A DNA stretch of 24,000 nt from Pyrodictium occultum (GTDB taxonomy: Archaea > Thermoproteota > Thermoprotei_A > Sulfolobales > Pyrodictiaceae): assembly GCF_001462395.1 (NCBI RefSeq), contig NZ_LNTB01000001.1, positions 370,587-394,586 of the forward strand. The letters are read 5' to 3'. Below the pieces are notes generated by a model. It was not told where the DNA came from, did no database searches, and worked only from the letters and a program-made list of their open reading frames with translations. The position numbers and the translations under genes were made by a program. Of this stretch, positions 1 to 6,591 are shown piece by piece. The number at the start of each line of letters is the position of its first letter. Position 1 is the stretch's first letter.

Positions 1-950
1 CGGATCAGCTTGGCCAGCAGCTCTACTATGTGGAGGACACGGTAGCTGGGCCTGCGGCCGAGCGCCTTAGGCAGCTCGAACCTCATCCAGGGGTAGACGA
101 AGCCTCCGTCAAGCACCACCACGTTCTTGGGGTTGTAGCTTGATATGTCGGAGTCCAGCATCGTTAGCGTCTCCTTGGTCTGCTTGGAGAGGGCTATTAC
201 AGCCGCTATCGGCGGCCGGAAGGCCAGTGGCTTGCTGGGCAGCGTCCAGTCGAGGCCGGCCCTGTCGAGTATCTTGATGGCGCCTATGACGCCGTCGGGG
301 TAGAACATGACGTCGGACAGGTTTACCAGTAGGAAGTACTCGGCACCCTTCTTATCGTAGGGCAGGGGCTTGCCGATAGCCTGCTCCGCCTTCTTCATGA
401 CGTCGCTCCATATCTGCATGAGGGCCGGCATCTTTAGGAACAGCCTCTCGCGCTCAACGACTTCGAAGATAGCTATTAGCGTCGGCACGCGGCCGGACTT
501 GGTGGCTATGCTGCCCAGCATGCTCCTTATAATAGCGCCACTGTCGATGCCGAAGGGGCAGGAGACGTAGCAGGCGCCGCAGTTGGTGCACCGGTAGAGA
601 GCCTCGACTATCTCGTCGAGATCCTTTGCGCTCTTCGGCTTCCTGGCGTTCAGCAGGGGGCCGAACAGCTTGCCGAGTATTGTTGCCTCCTTCCTGTATA
701 TATGGCGGGCCAGCTCCGCCTTCTCCACCGGCCCGTACTTCTCTGAGACAGGGTAGTAGGGGCACGCCGGGGCGCAGGCAGCACAGCCCACACAGTTCTC
801 CAGGTAGTGGAGCTTGACCGGGTCCAGCGAGGCGAGTGTCTCGCGGATGGCCTTCTCTACACGCTCCTTGTCGAAGCCCTCCCAGTCTATGCTCGCCTTA
901 ACCTGCTCTATGAGCTTCTGCAGCTCCGAGGCTGGAGGCTCCTGGGACAT
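1..950 (-). CDS. isp2: Isp2-like iron-sulfur subunit (HdrD/DsrK/GlpC family); 3' end lies beyond the window edge
   Basis: Absent from the ORF track because it runs off the window. My translation from the ATG (complement of 948-950) is open to position 1: MSQEPPASELQKLIEQVKASIDWEGFDKERVEKAIRETLASLDPVKLHYLENCVGCAACAPACPYYPVSEKYGPVEKAELARHIYRKEATILGKLFGPLLNARKPKSAKDLDEIVEALYRCTNCGACYVSCPFGIDS... It has two CxxCxxCxxxCP ferredoxin-type motifs. A GGGAGGGTGGAT Shine-Dalgarno-like sequence lies just upstream. It is located directly after the isp1-like gene. Confidence 0.8.
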   Translation of the reverse strand, partial: MSQEPPASELQKLIEQVKASIDWEGFDKERVEKAIRETLASLDPVKLHYLENCVGCAACAPACPYYPVSEKYGPVEKAELARHIYRKEATILGKLFGPLLNARKPKSAKDLDEIVEALYRCTNCGACYVSCPFGIDSGAIIRSMLGSIATKSGRVPTLIAIFEVVERERLFLKMPALMQIWSDVMKKAEQAIGKPLPYDKKGAEYFLLVNLSDVMFYPDGVIGAIKILDRAGLDWTLPSKPLAFRPPIAAVIALSKQTKETLTMLDSDISSYNPKNVVVLDGGFVYPWMRFELPKALGRRPSYRVLHIVELLAKLI

Positions 951-1047
951 GCCTATCCACCCTCCCTACCACGCACCCATTTGGTTTTGGTACCCGGCCT
1001 TCACAGCTATCAAGGCCCTGTGAACATGAGCTAAAAGGGGTATGGGG

Positions 1048-1866
1048 TTAGACGAGCCCCTTCTGCACGCGGACATCGTACCACTCGTGCAGCTTGCCGT
1101 ACCAGTAGCCGTACACGAAGTGCCAGAACTTGCTGAAGGGTATCAGCATTAGCAGCAGCTCGGCGCCCAGTATGTGTAGGCCTAGGATGGTCCTATACAT
1201 TCCTACATCCACTATGCTGGCGCCGGTGGAGTGCCTTGCAGCCGCGTAGCCCGTGAGCAGTATGAAGAGCAGCAGCCCTAGGGAGAAGTAGTCGCTCCAC
1301 CGTACGTGCCGCAGCCCAGTGGCCTGCTCGGCTATCTTCATGCCTATCTTGAAGGTCACGCCTATTATTGCTAGTATAGCCAGCACATCGCCGTTAAGTA
1401 TGGCTGTGAGCGGGCCCCATATGCTGTTAACGAACTCTACCTTCACGGGAGAGGTCACTGTGAGCGTCGATGTTGTCGCGCTCAGGGGTATCCATAGCCC
1501 GGTGTCAGCCACCAGCCTCTTGTACCACGGGAACCAGTAGGAGAAGAACGCCACGTGATGGGCCAGCAGGAATATCAGCGGCAGCACGCCTAGCAGGTGG
1601 AGGGCAACGAGCCCCGCGAGGAAGTCGTGGGGCTTCTTCTTGATGCTGAATATAATGGGGTCTATGAACGTTCTTATCAGCCCTATTATCCTGGCGCCGA
1701 TGCCGCGGTTGCGGGACTCCGCCTTAACCACGCGGCGCCAGAAGAGTATCTGCTTCACTATCCTGTAGGCTGCACCGAAGCTGAACACTAGCAACGCTAC
1801 CCAGAAGAAGTAGTATACCGCGAAGCTGTAGATGTCAGTCACCTTACCGCCTAGGTAGCCTACCAT
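1048..1866 (-). CDS. isp1: Isp1-like integral membrane anchor, probable b-type cytochrome (NarI/DsrM/HdrE family)
   Basis: 272-aa ORF with several long hydrophobic helices. Histidines within or next to helices (LHLLGV, LAHHVAFF, LGLHILGAE, FWHFVYGYWYGKLHEW) fit dihaem-b anchors. It sits between the small subunit and the HdrD-like gene. A GGGTGGTAGG sequence lies upstream of the ATG. Confidence 0.65.
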   Translation of the reverse strand: MVGYLGGKVTDIYSFAVYYFFWVALLVFSFGAAYRIVKQILFWRRVVKAESRNRGIGARIIGLIRTFIDPIIFSIKKKPHDFLAGLVALHLLGVLPLIFLLAHHVAFFSYWFPWYKRLVADTGLWIPLSATTSTLTVTSPVKVEFVNSIWGPLTAILNGDVLAILAIIGVTFKIGMKIAEQATGLRHVRWSDYFSLGLLLFILLTGYAAARHSTGASIVDVGMYRTILGLHILGAELLLMLIPFSKFWHFVYGYWYGKLHEWYDVRVQKGLV

Positions 1867-1946
1867 CCTACCACCCTACGTCCACGCCTCCACCTCATAC
1901 ACGTGCCTGCCCGCGGGCTTTGAGCCGAAAGAGGGAGCAGGGTTGG

Positions 1947-1965
1947 AGCATCACAGGGTGATGCT
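1947..1965. other. Perfect 8-bp stem / 3-nt loop hairpin in the hynS-isp1 spacer
   Basis: AGCATCAC (1947-1954), agg, GTGATGCT (1958-1965). It lies 10 nt downstream of the hynS stop (1976-1978) within a 109-nt spacer. Confidence 0.3.
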
Positions 1966-1975
1966 GGTGGGCCGT

Positions 1976-3409
1976 CTAGCTGCTGCGGCGCTGCTCCTCC
2001 TTCGCCTTCTCGGCCTTGCTCTCGACCCACTTCGCAACCCCGTAGGCTATGGCCGCGCCAGCCACTGCTGAGGCCGCTGCGCCGGCCTCGGTAGTGCTTA
2101 GGCTCGGCGTGGTCGGCGCGTTAAGCGGCTTGTAGAAGGGCTCGTAGGCGTCGGTGAAGCCCGGCATGGTGCAGCCTATGCAGACGCCGCCGGTCCTGGT
2201 GGGGCCGCCGACGCCGTTGACCCAGCCCACCTTGTTCCACGGGCAGTTGCTTACCGGGCCCTTACAGCCCACGGCGAAGAGGCAGCGGTAGTCGGCGTCG
2301 CCGGGGTTCTTGCGGAAGTCGCCCGCCGCGTAGCTAGCAGCCCTCGGGCACTGCTCGTGGACCGTGCGGCCGAAGATGTACTTTGGCCTCCAGTAGCGGT
2401 CCAGCTCGGGCAGCGGTAGCAGGCCCTTCGCCCAGAGCACAATGTTGGCTATTACGCGTAGCTGGCCGTTGCCGTTGGCGGGGCAGCCGGGCACGGCAAC
2501 GGCCGGGCGGCAGTCGCCCCTTATCTCGCCGGGGCCGAGCTTGCACTTGCCGTAGATGAAGTTGCGGAAGGGCCTGGCCTCCTCGAGGAGGTCTACAAGC
2601 CCCTTGTAGCCCCTTATCGGGTCGGGGAAGAAGCCCACGGCGCCGGTGGGGCTCGGGCTCCAGCCCTTGCCGCTCCACTGCTCGAACAAGTCGTAGCCCA
2701 TCTTCTTTATGAAGTCCTTCTCCACTATCTTGTTTGCTACCAGGCCGCCGTAGGAGGCACAGTTGCCCACAGCTATGACGGCCACTGCGCGTGGCAGCAG
2801 GCGCCTCATCCACTCGACGCAGGATATAGGCTTCCCGTTCTCGTCGCCTATGTAGCAGAAGTAGTCGCTATACTTGGGGCCGCCGGCCTTCTCGTCTATC
2901 GAGAAGCTGCCCTCAAGTACCAGCACGAAGGGGTCGAGCTTGCCCTGGGAGGCCAGCCTTAGAACGTCTATGGGGCTTGTCAGTAGCAGCCCGGGGTTGT
3001 AGCCTAGCTCGAGGAAGGCCTGTAGCGTCTTCCTGAGAGGATCGTCGGCGGGGAGCTTCTCCACGAAGGCCTTAAGCTCCTCGGGGCTCATCTGGGCCAG
3101 CTTCTTCGCGTAGCTGGGGGTCTCCTCGCCCCAGCTGAGCATAACCGTCTCGTGGAAGAGCAGCCTGACGGTGCCTGGGCCTGCTATGTGGCTGCGGCCG
3201 CCGAGGACATCGACGAGGTCGGGCTTGGTGGCCTGGATTAGAGCTGTAGTATTGCCCGCACAATCCTGGGCCTCGAACCAGATGACGTTTATGCTGCCGG
3301 ACTTGACCTCTGCTATCGCCCTCTTTATCAGCTTATCCCAGTCAAGGCTGGCGAAGAACGCCGTTGTGCCTGCGAGCTTGAGGAAGTCCCTACGAGAAAG
3401 CCTGGCCAC
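1976..3409 (-). CDS. hynS: [NiFe]-hydrogenase small subunit, Tat-exported, with C-terminal hydrophobic anchor
   Basis: GTG start. Twin-arginine signal MARLSRRDFLKLAG. Small-subunit cluster motifs are present: VGNCASYGG, VPGCPANG, VHEQCPR, CLFAVGCKGP, NCPWN, CIGCTMPGF. The C-terminal stretch AGAAASAVAGAAIAYGVAKWV is followed by a basic tail. Confidence 0.92.
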   Translation of the reverse strand: MARLSRRDFLKLAGTTAFFASLDWDKLIKRAIAEVKSGSINVIWFEAQDCAGNTTALIQATKPDLVDVLGGRSHIAGPGTVRLLFHETVMLSWGEETPSYAKKLAQMSPEELKAFVEKLPADDPLRKTLQAFLELGYNPGLLLTSPIDVLRLASQGKLDPFVLVLEGSFSIDEKAGGPKYSDYFCYIGDENGKPISCVEWMRRLLPRAVAVIAVGNCASYGGLVANKIVEKDFIKKMGYDLFEQWSGKGWSPSPTGAVGFFPDPIRGYKGLVDLLEEARPFRNFIYGKCKLGPGEIRGDCRPAVAVPGCPANGNGQLRVIANIVLWAKGLLPLPELDRYWRPKYIFGRTVHEQCPRAASYAAGDFRKNPGDADYRCLFAVGCKGPVSNCPWNKVGWVNGVGGPTRTGGVCIGCTMPGFTDAYEPFYKPLNAPTTPSLSTTEAGAAASAVAGAAIAYGVAKWVESKAEKAKEEQRRSS

Positions 3410-3451
3410 CGCGACTCCCCCTATTCCCTACGGTACCACCAAAGTCTCCGA

Positions 3452-3476
3452 CAATTTATGTCCATAGATAAATAAG
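3452..3476 (-). promoter_or_regulatory. Candidate TATA boxes for the hynS-isp1-isp2 operon
   Basis: Read on the minus strand: CATAAATTG (3452-3460) and CTTATTTATCT (3466-3476). These are the only A/T-rich islands within about 70 nt upstream of the GTG at 3409. A GGGGGAG SD-like sequence lies between them and the start. Confidence 0.35.
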
Positions 3477-3675
3477 TTTCGTGTATTGGAGGGCCAGCAA
3501 TAATTAACCGGCGATAACTGCGTGATGCCACGCCGCTGAAGAGGATCCATGGGGAGGGTCGGCAAACCCCGCCAGGGCCTCACAGCCCCCGGGGGCTCCG
3601 AGGAGCTCGGCCCCCGTAGGCCTGGGAGCTCCTCACCCCCAGCCTCGGGCTGCGGAGGGTTTAACGATAAGCCCG

Positions 3676-3683
3676 TAAATTTA
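3676..3683 (+). promoter_or_regulatory. TATA box (TAAATTTA) for the plus-strand accessory unit
   Basis: The TAAATTTA centre is about 26 nt upstream of the TTG start at 3706, which is the spacing of a leaderless archaeal transcript. The same octamer occurs upstream of rps7. Confidence 0.45.
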
Positions 3684-3705
3684 CCCTAGTAACAGGGGTG
3701 CCGGC

Positions 3706-4161
3706 TTGGCGGATCCCGGGGAGAGGAGGAGGGCGCTGCTGGAGACGCTGCGGGAGCTGCTGAGGCTAGGCGGCCGCGCCGCAAAGACCGTTGAGGAGAT
3801 ACGCTCCGAGATAATAGGGGCCGTGGAGGACGCGCTGGGGGTCGAGCTGACGCCGGAGAAGAGGATGCTACGGAGGCTCTACAGCTTTAACCCGCCGCCC
3901 CAGCCAGGCCTAGAGGAGCTACGGAGGCTCGTCGCGAGGAGCATGGGGCTGGATGATGCATCTCAGCTCGAGGAGTACCTCCGGGGCCTCGGCCGGGGCG
4001 GGGAAGCTGGTGGTGGTAGTCCCGAACCCCATAGTGAAGGGGGGAAGCGGAATACTAGCCCTATCGCTGGAGCTGACGGGGAGGCAGGGAGAGGCGAGGA
4101 TAGGCAGCTGCACGGTGATAGACGGGTCCATGGACGCTCTAGCACTGATAGACGAGGCTGA
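3706..4161 (+). CDS. Hypothetical protein; only the first ~95 codons look protein-like, and it probably continues in the next frame
   Basis: TTG start. MADPGERRRALLETLRELLRLGGRAAKTVEEIRSEIIGAVEDALGVELTPEKRMLRRLYSFNPPPQPGLEELRRLVARSMGLDDASQLEEYLRGLGRGG has helical-protein character. After about nt 4000 the frame becomes G/R/E-rich, like an out-of-frame read. Confidence 0.45.
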   Translation: MADPGERRRALLETLRELLRLGGRAAKTVEEIRSEIIGAVEDALGVELTPEKRMLRRLYSFNPPPQPGLEELRRLVARSMGLDDASQLEEYLRGLGRGGEAGGGSPEPHSEGGKRNTSPIAGADGEAGRGEDRQLHGDRRVHGRSSTDRRG

Positions 4162-4465
4162 GAGGAGGGGCGCAGGCGAGCTCTTCCTCCTAGGCGCCTC
4201 CCACGTTGAAGGACGGGGCGCCGGGGTGTACGTGGCCCGAGTGGAGCCCAGGGACGCCCGTGCGCTGACGCCCCAGCAGCTTACAAGGGAGCTCTGGATG
4301 AACCTCACCGGCAGCCTCGGCCTCGACGACTACGCTGCAGCGCTAAGCCTGCTCTGGAACCGGCCCTTTATCCTAGTGGAGTGCGATCCCGGGGATGCGG
4401 CGGACCCAGAGGAGGAGTGTAGGAGGCTTGCCAGGGAGTGGGTCCGGAGGGAGTGCGGCGCATAG
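3953..4465 (+). CDS. Hypothetical protein; protein-like from about nt 4004 (possible GTG starts at 4010/4013, or continuation of the 3706 ORF after a +1 shift)
   Basis: KLVVVVPNPIVKGGSGILALSLELTG...FLLGASHVEGRGAGVYVARVEP...RPFILVECDPGD alternates beta-strand-like and helical segments. The first 17 codons (MMHLSSRSTSGASAGAG) look like junk. The stop at 4463-4465 lies 8 nt before a candidate GTG start of the protease. Confidence 0.5.
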   Translation: MMHLSSRSTSGASAGAGKLVVVVPNPIVKGGSGILALSLELTGRQGEARIGSCTVIDGSMDALALIDEAERRGAGELFLLGASHVEGRGAGVYVARVEPRDARALTPQQLTRELWMNLTGSLGLDDYAAALSLLWNRPFILVECDPGDAADPEEECRRLAREWVRRECGA

Positions 4466-5012
4466 CCTGCTAGTGCTTGGCGTGGGTAACACCCTACACG
4501 GGGACGACGGGATAGGCTACTGCCTGGCCCGCGGCATAGAGGCATGTGGCGGGGTAGGGGGCGCCAGGCTGGCGGCTATACAGCACCTCAGCCCAGGCCA
4601 TATAAGCATCCTAGAGGGCTACGACACGGTCGTATTCATAGACTCCTACCTCTCCGAGGACATGCCGGAGGACGCGCGGGTGGCGGTGCTGGAGATAGAC
4701 CCGGCCAAGCTGAGCGAGGCCGAAGTGGCCGAGCTAGTGCAGGAGATAGACCCTCACAGTCTCAACCCTGTGAGGCTCGTGGTTCTCGCCTACGCCGCCC
4801 AGCTGTTCAAGGGTAGGGCCTACCTGGTGGGGGTAAGGCCCTACAGCATAGAGTTCATGGAGGGGCTCAGCGGGGAGGTGAGGAAAGCCGTCCCCAAAGC
4901 CTTGGCGGAGTTGGAGAGGCTCCTGAGGAGGCTCGGCGCCAGGCTCCGGGCTCCAGCGGGCTGCGTGATGGAGTGGATCGAGGAGAACTGCGGGAGGCCT
5001 CTCCTAGACTAG
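4395..5012 (+). CDS. [NiFe]-hydrogenase maturation endopeptidase (HyaD/HybD/HoxM family)
   Basis: LVLGVGNTLHGDDGIGY matches the GxGNxxxxD(D/E)GxG signature. VVFIDS and EIDPHS supply the Asp and His metal ligands. The true start is probably downstream of the ATG at 4395 (TTG 4428 or GTG 4473), because family members begin a few residues before the LVLGVGN strand. Confidence 0.88.
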   Translation: MRRTQRRSVGGLPGSGSGGSAAHSLLVLGVGNTLHGDDGIGYCLARGIEACGGVGGARLAAIQHLSPGHISILEGYDTVVFIDSYLSEDMPEDARVAVLEIDPAKLSEAEVAELVQEIDPHSLNPVRLVVLAYAAQLFKGRAYLVGVRPYSIEFMEGLSGEVRKAVPKALAELERLLRRLGARLRAPAGCVMEWIEENCGRPLLD

Positions 5013-5024
5013 CTCTAGAGCCTT

Positions 5025-6035
5025 CTAGTCGAGGCCGAGTTTTCTCCTGGCCAGCCTGGACTCCCTGGCCGCCTCCTCATCGACTATGGGCAGCCCCTTC
5101 CTATAGAACCATTCCCCGTAGTCGTGGTCGCTCACGAGTATGTGGTTCCTCACCCAGTCGGAGAGGAAGCGGAGCACGCTGAGCGTAAGCTGTTTCTCCC
5201 CGGCCTCGTACTGCTCATTGAACTCTGTCACCTTCTCTACGAAGCTCTGGTGCTGGCGGCGGTGGGCCTCGGCGCGGGGGTAGCCGTACTTGTCGAAGAG
5301 CTTCTCCTCGCTGCGGAAGTGGAACCTAGTATAATCGACGAGGCTCTTGAGGACGTCATCCACCACCTCCTTCTCCTCGCCGGCCAGGAGGCTTATGTAG
5401 AGGTTATTCAGCACCGTAACGAGGTAGCGGTGCTGGTTATCCAGGCCTTTTATGTAGACGCTCAGCTCGGGGCCCCAGTGGTAGACGTAGGGCCTCAGCC
5501 TAGCCGCCACAACTTTGACACTGCCGGTCCACTCGTCAAGCGCGTGGAGCGCCTGGAGCCCATAGCTGACCCCGACGCCAGGCTCTTCAAGCCTAACAGC
5601 TGTCACCACTACCCCGTAGGTGAGGAGCCAGGCGCTGAGCCTCTCCCCTTCCAGTATCAGCAGCCTAGGCCCCGCCTTCTCCGCGAGCCTCCCGGTAACC
5701 AGGTGCCTAACCTGGCCCCGGAGCCCCGGGAGCCTGGCCTCAAACTCCTCCCGGGCCTCAGCGGCCTCGAGGAGCTGGAGGACCAGGCCGGGGTCGTCGA
5801 GTAGCCTACTATTCCACTCTATGCTGCTGGCCGCGTAGTTGTAGGGCGGCGGGAGGGTGTGGGGCACCGGTTTGAGGGCCTCGGGTATCCGGTCTACACC
5901 GACCTCCACGATATAGCGTACATCGGGGTCGCGGATGTGCCACCAGTATCTAAGACGGCGTAGTAGCCCGGGAGACACAGGTAGCTCCCAGTCACACCTC
6001 CAGGCTAGTTGCGCATACTTATACACGTTTTGCAT
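5025..6035 (-). CDS. Two-domain protein: unknown ~195-aa N-terminal domain fused to a C-terminal hemerythrin-like metal-binding domain
   Basis: The C-terminal ~130 aa carry the full ligand pattern: DNQHRYL (H), FHFRSEEKLF (H, E), AEAHRRQHQSF (H, H), WVRNHILVSDHDY (H, D). I recognise no motif in the N-terminal domain (MQNVYKYAQLAWRCDWELPVS...). Confidence 0.8.
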   Translation of the reverse strand: MQNVYKYAQLAWRCDWELPVSPGLLRRLRYWWHIRDPDVRYIVEVGVDRIPEALKPVPHTLPPPYNYAASSIEWNSRLLDDPGLVLQLLEAAEAREEFEARLPGLRGQVRHLVTGRLAEKAGPRLLILEGERLSAWLLTYGVVVTAVRLEEPGVGVSYGLQALHALDEWTGSVKVVAARLRPYVYHWGPELSVYIKGLDNQHRYLVTVLNNLYISLLAGEEKEVVDDVLKSLVDYTRFHFRSEEKLFDKYGYPRAEAHRRQHQSFVEKVTEFNEQYEAGEKQLTLSVLRFLSDWVRNHILVSDHDYGEWFYRKGLPIVDEEAARESRLARRKLGLD

Positions 6036-6061
6036 TAATTATTCGCCCCGGCTACGCTGCA

Positions 6062-6069
6062 CTATATAG
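6062..6069. promoter_or_regulatory. Single palindromic TATA box (CTATATAG) shared by two divergent genes
   Basis: It is one of only two A/T-rich elements in the 54-bp spacer; the other (ttaattatt, 6035-6043) abuts and overlaps the minus ATG. There are 20 nt to the plus ATG at 6090 and 26 nt to the minus ATG at 6035. Both spacings fit leaderless transcription. Confidence 0.4.
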
Positions 6070-6089
6070 CCTGGTGCAGGGGCACTGCC

Positions 6090-6497
6090 ATGGGGTGTGC
6101 GCGCTTGGGGGAGGAAGGCTGCGGCAGGAGGGCTAACGAGATAGTCTACTTCGTCGCGTGGCGGCTGGAGAACATGAAGGACTATCGGGCATGGGCCACC
6201 AGTATGCTGAAGGCGTGGGGCGCGCTGCTCAATGAGGCTAACAACCAGCGCTCGCTCCTCCCCTTCGCCTCGCTGGCACTAGCCCATCTCGGAGTAGGGC
6301 TCACGGCAACCTACGCTATAGAGGGGGAGGACCTGGAGAAGGCGCTCCAGAAGGCCAAGGAGGATCTCTGCGCGGTCTACCGGGCTGGGCTCGAGCTTCT
6401 GGAGCAGGCCTACCAGAAGGGCAAGGTGCTGGAGGTCATACAGGAGGCTATGAAGGGGGAGGAGGGCGGGGAGGCCTCTGAGGGCTCCGCGTCGTGA
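6090..6497 (+). CDS. Hypothetical protein (135 aa, helical, acidic C-terminus)
   Basis: Only long ORF in this interval. It has a TATA box at leaderless spacing, and no motif I recognise. An oligo-T (gggttttggg, 6551-6560) and a hairpin lie downstream. Confidence 0.45.
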   Translation: MGCARLGEEGCGRRANEIVYFVAWRLENMKDYRAWATSMLKAWGALLNEANNQRSLLPFASLALAHLGVGLTATYAIEGEDLEKALQKAKEDLCAVYRAGLELLEQAYQKGKVLEVIQEAMKGEEGGEASEGSAS

Positions 6498-6572
6498 GCG
6501 GGTTCGAGCCGGGCTACCCGGGCCCCGGCCCTAACGCCCCAGAGCATAGAGGGTTTTGGGCCTCGAGACCGG

Positions 6573-6589
6573 CCGTCCCGGCGGGACGG
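6573..6589. terminator. Hairpin between convergent genes
   Basis: CCGTCCC (6573-6579), ggc, GGGACGG (6583-6589). It lies between the stop of the 6090 ORF and the 3' end of the aminotransferase pseudogene. Confidence 0.3.
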
Positions 6590-6591
6590 TG

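Noticed and set aside
454-817. Track ORFs 454-765 (-) and 626-817 (+) at the left end
   Set aside because: Both are off-frame relative to the much better supported isp2-like CDS (1-950, minus), which the track omits because it lacks a stop in the window.
3522-3540. GTGATGC ... CTGA resembling C and D' boxes of a C/D sRNA
   Set aside because: No matching C' (UGAUGA) or terminal D box at the right spacing, and no terminal stem. Similar weak matches elsewhere (1951-1965, 13010-13050) fail in the same way.
3549-3689. 46-codon ORF (MGRVGKPRQGLTAPGGSEEL...) in the hydrogenase intergenic region
   Set aside because: It is short, G/P/S-rich, has no promoter or SD context, and overlaps the downstream TATA box. 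It is probably a chance ORF.
4395-4472. N-terminal extension MRRTQRRSVGGLPGSGSGGSAAHSLL of the maturation protease
   Set aside because: It is probably not translated. It overlaps the end of the upstream ORF, is low-complexity, and family members start just before the LVLGVGN strand. I kept the track coordinates but flagged the likely later start.
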